From positions 1-43,937 of the forward strand of contig JBFYNT010000029.1 of NCBI GenBank assembly GCA_041304225.1: a stretch of DNA of 43,937 bases. Direction: 5' to 3'. The stretch comes from Candidatus Aminicenantes bacterium (lineage in GTDB: Bacteria > Acidobacteriota > Aminicenantia > Aminicenantales > Saccharicenantaceae). Position numbers and translations under genes: made by a program. This document shows, piece after piece, positions 16,702 to 23,670 of this stretch (within the stretch, counting starts at the first letter, position 1; every line of letters starts with the position of its first letter). The notes under the pieces were generated by a model. That model was given only the letters and a program-made list of their open reading frames with translations. It was not told the origin of the DNA and did no database searches.

Positions 16702-17145
16702 TCACGAGTGCGAAAAGTAGATCTTGCCGACGATCTTCCAACCTTCGGCGAATTTATAGAGGGACAGGTAATCCGTGTAGACGAGCTTGCCGGCGCGGTC
16801 CAGCTCGAGCCTGACGGCCGCGGCGGTCCCGGTAATGTCGACCGAGATCTTCCGGATGGTCGTCAGCGGAGGCTTCTGGCCCGCCGCCTTCTGTTTCTCG
16901 CACGAGGCGATCCAATCGGCGATAGGGAACCGAGTCAGCTGTCCGTTGCGGAGGCCGAGCAGGACGAAATCGGGATGGAATCCGGCCCGCGTCCGCTCGA
17001 GGTCCCCCAGGTTCAACAAGCCGTCCACATAAGCCTGTAGGACCAGTTGCTTGATGGCGGCTTCGTCGGCAGGCTCTTCGGCCCGGACGACGAGCGGCAG
17101 CGAGGCGAGCAGGATGACGGCCAGGACGAACGATGTTGTTCTCAT
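16702..17145 (-). CDS. secreted NTF2-fold protein (SnoaL/DUF4440 / putative lumazine-binding-like)
   Basis: 147 aa with SD AAAGGAGG and signal peptide MRTTSFVLAVILLASLPLVVRA. The remaining ~120 aa have the NTF2-like pattern (IKQLVLQAYVDG..., ...YLSLYKFAEGWKIVGKIY). Confidence 0.55.
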   Translation of the reverse strand: MRTTSFVLAVILLASLPLVVRAEEPADEAAIKQLVLQAYVDGLLNLGDLERTRAGFHPDFVLLGLRNGQLTRFPIADWIASCEKQKAAGQKPPLTTIRKISVDITGTAAAVRLELDRAGKLVYTDYLSLYKFAEGWKIVGKIYFSHS

Positions 17146-17280
17146 CGGTATGCCTCCTTTTGATGAAGACCGCGCGGGCCTCGCCTCCCCCGCGGGTGCG
17201 GCCGGGCGCGAGCGTGTCCGCCATTATGCAATACGGGGCTCGGCCCGGACGCGTTTATGCCCCGGTCCCGCGCCCGGCGC

Positions 17281-17309
17281 TTGACAGCCGGGCCCCGACC
17301 CGGTAATCC
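17281..17309 (+). promoter_or_regulatory. possible promoter TTGACA-17-TAATCC upstream of the exonuclease gene
   Basis: Perfect -35 box at 17281-17286, a 17-nt spacer, and a weak -10 at 17304-17309. The ATG at 17321 would leave only a ~5-nt leader. Confidence 0.35.
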
Positions 17310-17320
17310 TAGGGACTGAA

Positions 17321-17935
17321 ATGAAAGACCGAACGGATATGCCGGCCTCGAAGCTTCTTTTCTTCGACTGCGAGACGACCGGGCTTCCCGAAGTCCGCTT
17401 CTTCTCGCCGGAGGTCGCGGACAAATGGCCGCGCCTCGTCCAGCTCGCCTGGGCCCGCTATGACGCGCGGGGGAACGAGGAGGAGTCCCGGAGCTTCATC
17501 GTCCGGCCCGACGGCTTCCTCATCCCGCCGGACTCGACCAGGATCCACGGCATCTCCCAGGCCAGGGCCGAACGGGAGGGCCGGGACTTGGGCCAGGTCC
17601 TCGACGAGTTCCTGGAGGCGGCCGGCGCGGCGACGACCCTCGTCGCCCACAACTTCGACTACGACCGCCATGTCGTCGCCGGCGAGCTCGTCCGGACACG
17701 CAAAGCCCTGGGATTCCTCGATCTCTCGGGGATCTGCACGATGAAAGAGACGACCGAGCTCTGCGCGCTGCCGCGGCCGGGCGGCGGCTTCGGGCACAAG
17801 TGGCCCACGCTCGAGGAGCTCCACCGTTACTGCTTCGGCTTCTCCTACGAGGGGGCTCACGACGCCGCGAACGACATCGGCGCCTGCGCCCGGGCCTTCT
17901 TCAAGCTCCTCGAGGCCGGGCACTTCCGGATCTGA
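17321..17935 (+). CDS. DEDDh 3'-5' exonuclease (DnaQ/epsilon-like, stand-alone)
   Basis: Exo I motif LLFFDCETTGL, Exo II LVAHNFDYDRHV, Exo III HDAANDIGACARAF. Length is 204 aa. Confidence 0.75.
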   Translation: MKDRTDMPASKLLFFDCETTGLPEVRFFSPEVADKWPRLVQLAWARYDARGNEEESRSFIVRPDGFLIPPDSTRIHGISQARAEREGRDLGQVLDEFLEAAGAATTLVAHNFDYDRHVVAGELVRTRKALGFLDLSGICTMKETTELCALPRPGGGFGHKWPTLEELHRYCFGFSYEGAHDAANDIGACARAFFKLLEAGHFRI

Positions 17936-17938
17936 TTA

Positions 17939-17953
17939 TTTTTTTGGGGGGGG
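17939..17953. repeat. adjacent homopolymer tracts T7 G8
   Basis: Read directly: ttattttttt gggggggg atttt, lying between the convergent exonuclease stop (17935) and the stop of the remnant ORF (17957). Confidence 0.8.
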
Positions 17954-17956
17954 ATT

Positions 17957-18196
17957 TTACTTATCGAGTTCGGCGTAAGATCGCTGGTCTTCGTGCTCGT
18001 CACTCTCTTCGGCGGCACTCATGGAGCCGATAACTCGTCTCCATGAGTACTGCGAGGCGTCTGCCATCAGGGCCGGCTGTTCGAAGACATAGGCCGGCGG
18101 CGGTTTCTCCGCGACGAACGTCAACTCCAGGTGACGGATGATCAGGTCGACGACCGCATACTCGGTCAGGAAGGCCACAACTTCATCCTCCCGCAC
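17957..18196 (-). pseudogene. short ORF resembling only the C-terminal tail of IS91-family (Y2) transposases; probable mobile-element remnant
   Basis: 79-aa ORF with a GTG start directly after an in-frame TGA and no SD. AFLTEYAVVDLIIRHLELTF..PPP resembles the recurrent ..FIEDP.VI..IL.HLGLW...PPP tail of IS91-type transposases (from memory). It is flanked by hairpin repeats. Confidence 0.3.
18015..18058. repeat. hairpin repeat copy 2: GCA-CTCATGGAG-(12 nt)-CTCCATGAG-TACTGCGAGGC
   Basis: A 9-bp perfect stem (18018-18026 / 18039-18047) is followed by the tail TACTGCGAGGC. The same flanks and stem core recur at 18193-18223. Confidence 0.7.
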
Positions 18197-18223
18197 TCAT
18201 GGAAGCCATGAGTACTGCGAGGC
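18193..18223. repeat. hairpin repeat copy 1: GCA-CTCATGG-aag-CCATGAG-TACTGCGAGGC
   Basis: A 7-bp perfect stem (18196-18202 / 18206-18212) has the identical 5' GCA and 3' TACTGCGAGGC as the copy at 18015-18058. The two are in direct orientation about 178 bp apart. Confidence 0.7.
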
Positions 18224-18283
18224 TGCCGCAGCGGGGGTCAACGACCGGCTACGCTCATCTTCCCTTCAGGGGAATCGACCGAT

Positions 18284-18577
18284 TCAGAGCCGGCCGGGCC
18301 GTATAGAGAGTTCCGGCCGTTCTTCCCGGCCGTTCTTTAGCTCCTCCCGGAAGATCTTGCGCAAATAGGACTCGAAATCCTCGCCGCCACGCTGGATGTA
18401 ATCCCGCAACACGTTATTGATCATCGTTTGATAGCTGCCACCGCCCCGGGCCTCGACCTTATCGCGGAACCAGTCAATGATCTCGTTGTCAAGTCGGATA
18501 GTGATCCGGGTCTTGCCCGGCGGCAGAGGAACGACCGCACCTCGCTTTCCCTTGCCGAAATCATAGAATTTCTTCAT
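18284..18577 (-). CDS. brnA: BrnA-family antitoxin (type II TA)
   Basis: 97 aa. KTRITIRLDNEIIDWFRDKVEARGGGSYQTMINNVLRDYI is the BrnA pattern. There is a 4-nt ATGA overlap with the upstream toxin gene. Confidence 0.8.
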   Translation of the reverse strand: MKKFYDFGKGKRGAVVPLPPGKTRITIRLDNEIIDWFRDKVEARGGGSYQTMINNVLRDYIQRGGEDFESYLRKIFREELKNGREERPELSIRPGRL

Positions 18578-18843
18578 TCTCCCCTCCCGTATCGCCGGCG
18601 CTCTTCGGGACTCGCTTTCCGGGCGGATATGATCCTGATCTCATCTCCTCTCCAGGCATAAACGACGACAAGCACTCGGCCGAAATGGTCACGGCCCAAT
18701 GTCAGCCACCGTCTTTCGTCCGTGTTATCGTCTTCCATTGTCAGAGCTAAGTCATCTTCAAGAACCGTAAGGGCGTCAGAGAAGCGGATCCCATGCTTAC
18801 GGACGTTCGCGCCCGCTTTGTTACGGTCCCATTCATAGGTCAT
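18574..18843 (-). CDS. brnT: BrnT-family toxin (DUF497 ribonuclease)
   Basis: MTYEWDRNKAGANVRKHGIRFSDA...RIISARKASPEERRRY is the BrnT/DUF497 pattern. I chose the ATG at 18843 (Met11 of the track ORF) as the start. The track start at 18873 is the TTG of a TTGACA box. Confidence 0.8.
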   Translation of the reverse strand: MTYEWDRNKAGANVRKHGIRFSDALTVLEDDLALTMEDDNTDERRWLTLGRDHFGRVLVVVYAWRGDEIRIISARKASPEERRRYGRGE

Positions 18844-18844
18844 A

Positions 18845-18873
18845 ATTGTATGCACATTTGTACACATTGTCAA
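18845..18873 (-). promoter_or_regulatory. consensus-like TTGACA-17-TACAAT box pair with internal TGTACA/TGCA palindromes abutting the brnT start (promoter and/or TA operator)
   Basis: On the minus strand, TTGACA is at 18873-18868, followed by the spacer atgtgtacaaatgtgca and TACAAT at 18850-18845. Only 1 nt then separates it from the ATG at 18843. The geometry is odd; see findings. Confidence 0.4.
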
Positions 18874-19018
18874 GCGGCCTCTATCGTCGGCCAGCCGGAC
18901 AGGCGTTTTTAGTCCGCGGGAAACATCCCTGGAGTAGCGGACCTATTTATGAGACGCTTGGGGGAAATAGAGATTCTCAGCCAATCCGAACCGAACAGTT
19001 CAATTCAAAAGAAAAGGG

Positions 19019-21472
19019 CTACTTGATCCTCCACTCGTGGACGCCGGCCGACCAGTTTTCCTGGAGCTGGACCTCGAGGCGAAGGGCCGTCGTCCGGACG
19101 GGCGCGAACGAGACCGGGTTCCAGGCGTCCTTGACCGTGCCGTAGGCGCCGGAGGCCTTGACCGGGAGCCACTCCTCGCCGGACTTGTAGAGGACGCGCC
19201 AGGAGGCCGGGACGCGGCACCCGCCGCCGCCGGTGTCGTCGAACCAATAGACCGACGTCTCGGACACCCGGACCGGCGCGTCGAACGCGTACTCGATCCA
19301 CTCGGCAGTCCCTCGCTTCGGCCACCAGTGCATATAGCCGGCGGCGTCGTCCGAGCTCTCGGGCTCGAACTGGTCGTTGGCGCGCTTGGGATTGACGGCG
19401 CGCTCCGAGGCCGTGACGGCCGCCTTGGCCGAGAGCCCCGGCTCCCTGGCCACGCGGGCCTTGCCCGGCTCGCGGGCCAGCCAGACGGCCATCTCGCCCC
19501 TGCCGCGGTTGGCCCAGGCGTAATACGGGATCAGCGTGACCGGCGTCTTCTCAACGACGATCCGGCCGGCCTTCTCGCTGACCGCCTCGGCCTCGCCCGT
19601 GAGGACGACCACGCCGCCCAGGAGGTCCGGGCGCGCTTCGGCCGCGAGCGTCGCGCCGTCGGGCAGGACGAGATTGGCGACGCGGCCGCCGTTGTCGGTT
19701 CCCTCGGCGCAATAGACGAGCGGGCCGCGCTCGATCGCCACGCGGCCGCGGTCGGCCTCGACGGCGTCGTGGGCCACGACCCGGCGCACGGGCATCGGCA
19801 GCGACAGCTCGACGAGGTCGCCCGCTTTCCAGGTCCGGGTGATCAGGGCGTAGCCCTTATCGAGCCCGATCTCGACCGGCTGGCCGTTGACCTTGAGCGC
19901 GGGGGCGCCTTCGGCCGGCTCCGGATAGGCATAGAGGTCGGACGGCACGGGGCGGTTCAGGGCCCAGCCGGGGACGCGGACCGCGAGCGTGAAGTCGGCG
20001 GCCCTGGCCGGCTTGACCTCGATCTTGACATCGCCCTTCCAGGGATACTCGGTCGTCTGGACGAGCTCGAGGTCCGTCCCGCCCGCCTTCATCTTGCCCG
20101 TCCCCTGGGCGAACAGATTGACATAGACGCGGTCGCCCGAAGCGGCGTAGAAGTAGCCCGGCACCGAGGTCAGGACGCGGGCCACGTTCGGCGGACAGCA
20201 GGCGCAGCCGAACCAGGATACGCGCTCGTGCTGGCCGAACGAGGCCAGGGGATTGGGATAGAAGAAGCGGTCGCCGGAGAGCGAGATGCCGGAGAGGACG
20301 CCGTTGTAGAGAATGCGCTCCATGACGTCGGCGTACTTGGCGTCGAGGCCCAGGCGTTGCATGCGCGAGTTCCAGAGGAAGGTGGCGATGTTGGCGCAGG
20401 TCTCGGCGTAGGCGCTGGCGTTGGGCAGGCGGTAGGGCGGCCCGTAGCCTTCCCAGCCGCCGGCCGCGCCGATGCCGCCCGTGATGTAGAGCTTGGTCCC
20501 GACCATATCGGCCCAGATCTTCTCGAGCGCGGCGATGTAGGCGGCCTCGCCGGTCAGGGCGGCGACGTCGGCCGCGCCGGCGTAGAGGTAGCCGGCCCGG
20601 ACGGCGTGCCCGACGGCCTCGGTCTGCTCGATGAACGGCTTGTGGTCCTGGGCGTACTCGCCGTACAGAAGCTGTTCCTGGCCTTCGCGCGGGTTCTCGA
20701 CGAACGGGATCCGGCCCTCGGTCCGGCCGCGGGCGTCGATGAAGAACTTGGCCAGGTCGAGGTACTTGCGGGTCCCGGTGACGCGGTAGAGCTTGACCAG
20801 GCCGATCTCGATCTCCTCGTGGCCGGGCGGATTGGTCCGCTTGCCCGGGCCGAACTCGCGGGCGACGAGGTTGGCGCTCTTGACGGCGATGTCGAGCAGG
20901 TTCTTTTTCCTGGTCGCCTGGTAATGAGCGGCGGCGGCCTCGTAGAGGTGCCCGAGGTTGTAGAGCTCGTGGCTCATATAGAGATGCGACCAGCGCTCCT
21001 TGCCCAGCCAGGGTTGGGGCGGCGGGCCGCCGACCGTCCGGGCGGCGTAGAGATAGCCGTCCGGCTCCTGGGCCGAGGCGATCTTGGCCACCAGCCCGTC
21101 GACGTAGCTTTCGAGCCCGGGATCGGGGTGCGTGGCCAGGGCGTAGGAGGCCGCTTCGACGATCTTATAGACGTCGGAGTCGTCGAACGGGTAGCTGCTG
21201 CAGTACTTGCCGTCCGCGGCCCCGTCGAGGGCGGCCGCGGCCAGATCGAAGTTCTTGACCCGGCCGGAGTCCTCGCTCATCTTGAAGTTGTGAGGGATGG
21301 TCACGGTCCGGTTCGTGTCCAGGCGCGGCGCCCAGAACGCGTCCGTGAGGTGGACGTCCGTAAAGGGCACGGGCGCGGCCGGGTAGTCGGCCTTGGGCGC
21401 CCGGGCGCAGGTCGTCGCGAGGGTCGCGAGAAGCGCCAGCCCCAGCGCTCCCGCCAGGTTCGTTCTCTTCAT
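19019..21472 (-). CDS. GH127 beta-L-arabinofuranosidase (DUF1680) with C-terminal discoidin/CBM-like domain
   Basis: I chose the start MKRTNLAGALGLALLATLATTC, with SD AAGGAGG 5 nt upstream and an ATGA overlap with the upstream paralog. GH127 hallmarks: FWAPRLDTNRTVTIPH, HELYNLGHLYEAAAAH, AETCANI, FGCACCPPNVAR. The last ~140 aa form an extra beta-sandwich-like domain. Confidence 0.8.
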   Translation of the reverse strand: MKRTNLAGALGLALLATLATTCARAPKADYPAAPVPFTDVHLTDAFWAPRLDTNRTVTIPHNFKMSEDSGRVKNFDLAAAALDGAADGKYCSSYPFDDSDVYKIVEAASYALATHPDPGLESYVDGLVAKIASAQEPDGYLYAARTVGGPPPQPWLGKERWSHLYMSHELYNLGHLYEAAAAHYQATRKKNLLDIAVKSANLVAREFGPGKRTNPPGHEEIEIGLVKLYRVTGTRKYLDLAKFFIDARGRTEGRIPFVENPREGQEQLLYGEYAQDHKPFIEQTEAVGHAVRAGYLYAGAADVAALTGEAAYIAALEKIWADMVGTKLYITGGIGAAGGWEGYGPPYRLPNASAYAETCANIATFLWNSRMQRLGLDAKYADVMERILYNGVLSGISLSGDRFFYPNPLASFGQHERVSWFGCACCPPNVARVLTSVPGYFYAASGDRVYVNLFAQGTGKMKAGGTDLELVQTTEYPWKGDVKIEVKPARAADFTLAVRVPGWALNRPVPSDLYAYPEPAEGAPALKVNGQPVEIGLDKGYALITRTWKAGDLVELSLPMPVRRVVAHDAVEADRGRVAIERGPLVYCAEGTDNGGRVANLVLPDGATLAAEARPDLLGGVVVLTGEAEAVSEKAGRIVVEKTPVTLIPYYAWANRGRGEMAVWLAREPGKARVAREPGLSAKAAVTASERAVNPKRANDQFEPESSDDAAGYMHWWPKRGTAEWIEYAFDAPVRVSETSVYWFDDTGGGGCRVPASWRVLYKSGEEWLPVKASGAYGTVKDAWNPVSFAPVRTTALRLEVQLQENWSAGVHEWRIK

Positions 21473-23571
21473 CTCGGCCTCCTTAATAGCCAGACGGTCA
21501 TCTCGCCGGGCCCGCGGTGGGCCCAGGCGTAATACGGGATGAGCACGAGGGCGTGCGGCCGCAGCGCCGCGCCGGTCGCGAGTGAGCGGCGCGACGCGGG
21601 CGGGACGTCCTCCTCGTCGTCGGCCGCGGCGTCCTTGCCTTCGGCTTCGCGGACCCGGGCCACGGCCGCGGGATCGGCGGCCAGGGCCTCGGCCGTGAGC
21701 ACGGTGACGCCGCCGAGGAGGCCGGGCCGCGCCTCGGGCCTCAGGACCGCGTCCTCGGACAGGACGATGTTCAGGGCCCGGCCGCCGTTGTCGGCGCCTT
21801 CCGCGCAGTAGACGAGCGGACCGCGCTCGACGGCCACGAAGCCCGCGTCGTCCGCGACCGAGGCATGGGCGACGACGCGACGCGCCTCCATCGGCAGGAG
21901 GATGTCGAGCCTGTCCCCTTTCTTCCAAACCCGGCGGACGCGGGCGAAACCCTTGTCCATGTCCAGCGGAACGGGACGGCCGTTGACCTGGAGCGTGGTC
22001 GAGGCCGCGCCGGCTCCCTCGTACAGGTAGAGATCGGTCGGCACGGGTCGGTCCTGGGCCCAGCCGGGGATCCGGACGCTCACCGTGAACTCACGCTTCC
22101 TCCCCGGATCGACCGTGACGCCGACTGCTCCGTCCCAGGGATAGCGGGTCTCCTGCCGGATGGCGACGGTTTCGCCGTCCAACTCGACCTTCGCATCGCC
22201 CTCGACGAACAGGCCCACATAGAGCGTGTCGCCCTTCGTCGCATAGACGTAGCCCGGCACGGACGGCAGGAACCGGCTGACGTTGCCGGGGCAGCAGGCC
22301 ACGCCGAACCACGGCGCGCGATCCGCCCGGCCTTTATTGAACCGGTACTTCCCGTCCGCTTCGAGCGGATTGGGGTAGAAGAAGAGCGTCCCGTCGAGCG
22401 ACACGCCCGAGAGAACGCCGTTCAACATGGCCCGCTCCATGACGTCGAGGTAGGCCGCGTCGCCCGTCAGCAGGAACATGCGGTGGTTCCAGAAGACCAT
22501 CCCGATCGAGGCGCAGGTCTCGAGGTAGCCGGTGAGGTTGGGAAGCTCGTAATCCTCGCCGAAGCGCTCGCGGTCGTGGCGCGATCCGATGCCGCCCGTG
22601 AGGTACATCTTCCGCCCGGCGACATTGTCCCAGAGACGGCGCACGGCCCCGAGATAGGCCCCGTCGCCCGCGAGCGCCGCGACATCGGCCATGCCCGAAG
22701 CCATGTAGGTCAGCCGGACGGCGTGGCCGACGGCTTCGTCCTGCTCGAGCACCGGCTTGTGGGCCTGGATCTGGGTGGCGTCGTTGTAGATGGCGAAGCG
22801 GTTGCCGGGCGGATACTGCCGCAGTGTCAGCCCCTTGCCGCGCTGGTCGAGGAAATATCTCGCCAGCTCCAGGTAGTCCGTCCTGCCCGTCAGCCGGTAG
22901 AGCTTGACCAGGCCCAGCTCGATCTCCTGGTGGCCTGGGAATCCCTCCCGCCGGCCCGGCCCCCGCCCGAAGGTCCGGGCCACGAGGTCCGCGTTCTTGA
23001 GCGCGACGTCCAGGAGCGTCCGCTTCCCCGTGGCCAGGAAGTGGGCCGCGGCCGCTTCGTAGAGGTGCCCGGCGTTGTAGAGCTCGTGGCTGATGGCCAG
23101 CTCCGCCCAGCGCGTCTCCCCGATCCCCGGCTGGAGCTTGCCGGGGCTGGCCGTCCGCGGCGTGTACAGGTAGCCGTCCGGCTCCTGGGCCGCCGCGATC
23201 TTGGCGATGACGCCGTCGAGATAGCGGTCGAGCCCCGGATCGGGATGGACCATGAGGGAGTACGAGGCACCCTCGATCGTCTTGTAGACGTCGGTGTCGT
23301 TGTAGCGCTCGCCCTTGTACTCGCCCTTCAACAGACCGCCGGCGATGGCGAAGTTGTCGATCCGGCCCGTCTCTTCGCACTTTTCGAAGATGGCCGGGAT
23401 GGTCACCGTCCGGTTGGTCTCGAGGCGCGGCGCCCAGAAGCCATCGGTGATCTTCACGGCCGTGAACGGCACGGGCGTGATCGGATAATCCTTCTTCGCG
23501 GCTTGCCCGGCTGTCGGCCGAGGAAGAGAAACGACGACGACGGCGAGAATGAAGATGACCGTCTTTTTCAT
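21469..23571 (-). CDS. GH127 beta-L-arabinofuranosidase (DUF1680), secreted
   Basis: 700 aa with a signal peptide and SD GGAGAG. It is a paralog of the downstream gene (FWAPRLETNRTVTIPA, HELYNAGHLYEAAAAH, LETCASIG, FGVACCPGNVSR). Confidence 0.8.
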   Translation of the reverse strand: MKKTVIFILAVVVVSLPRPTAGQAAKKDYPITPVPFTAVKITDGFWAPRLETNRTVTIPAIFEKCEETGRIDNFAIAGGLLKGEYKGERYNDTDVYKTIEGASYSLMVHPDPGLDRYLDGVIAKIAAAQEPDGYLYTPRTASPGKLQPGIGETRWAELAISHELYNAGHLYEAAAAHFLATGKRTLLDVALKNADLVARTFGRGPGRREGFPGHQEIELGLVKLYRLTGRTDYLELARYFLDQRGKGLTLRQYPPGNRFAIYNDATQIQAHKPVLEQDEAVGHAVRLTYMASGMADVAALAGDGAYLGAVRRLWDNVAGRKMYLTGGIGSRHDRERFGEDYELPNLTGYLETCASIGMVFWNHRMFLLTGDAAYLDVMERAMLNGVLSGVSLDGTLFFYPNPLEADGKYRFNKGRADRAPWFGVACCPGNVSRFLPSVPGYVYATKGDTLYVGLFVEGDAKVELDGETVAIRQETRYPWDGAVGVTVDPGRKREFTVSVRIPGWAQDRPVPTDLYLYEGAGAASTTLQVNGRPVPLDMDKGFARVRRVWKKGDRLDILLPMEARRVVAHASVADDAGFVAVERGPLVYCAEGADNGGRALNIVLSEDAVLRPEARPGLLGGVTVLTAEALAADPAAVARVREAEGKDAAADDEEDVPPASRRSLATGAALRPHALVLIPYYAWAHRGPGEMTVWLLRRPR

Positions 23572-23582
23572 GATCGTCTCTC

Positions 23583-23604
23583 CTGGAGAGGCTCAACTCT
23601 CCAG
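23583..23604 (-). promoter_or_regulatory. 8-bp perfect hairpin (CTGGAGAG-ttgagc-CTCTCCAG) abutting the SD of the first GH127 gene
   Basis: Read directly on the minus strand: CTGGAGAG TTGAGC CTCTCCA GGAGAG acgatc ATG. The stem pairs an SD-like GGAGAG with the CTCTCC immediately 5' of the real SD. Confidence 0.45.
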
Positions 23605-23613
23605 CGCGCCATT

Positions 23614-23669
23614 AAATAGGAAATAGGTACTGCGTCCCCGATCCATTCACAGGGGATCATGTCCCCCAT
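23614..23669 (-). repeat. intergenic repeat element, copy A (ATGGGGGACATGATCCC ... CCTATTTCCTATTT on minus strand, split by ~25 nt)
   Basis: The reverse complement of 23653-23669 is ATGGGGGACATGATCCC, and of 23614-23627 is CCTATTTCCTATTT. Both modules occur contiguously at 30477-30505, and a degenerate inverted copy occurs at 30517-30548. Confidence 0.65.
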
Positions 23670-23670
23670 T

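Noticed and set aside
19037-23619. 831-aa and 584-aa plus-strand ORFs opposite the two GH127 genes, plus the 152-aa Arg/Gly-rich N-terminal extension of track ORF 19019-21928
   Set aside because: The antisense ORFs have low-complexity sequence. The extension overlaps the upstream paralog. The internal ATG at 21472 has AAGGAGG and a signal peptide.
23628-23635. Shared 8-mer GTACTGCG between the element-A spacer and the tail of the 18015/18193 hairpin repeats
   Set aside because: Only 8 nt match and there is no flanking similarity. This is compatible with chance.
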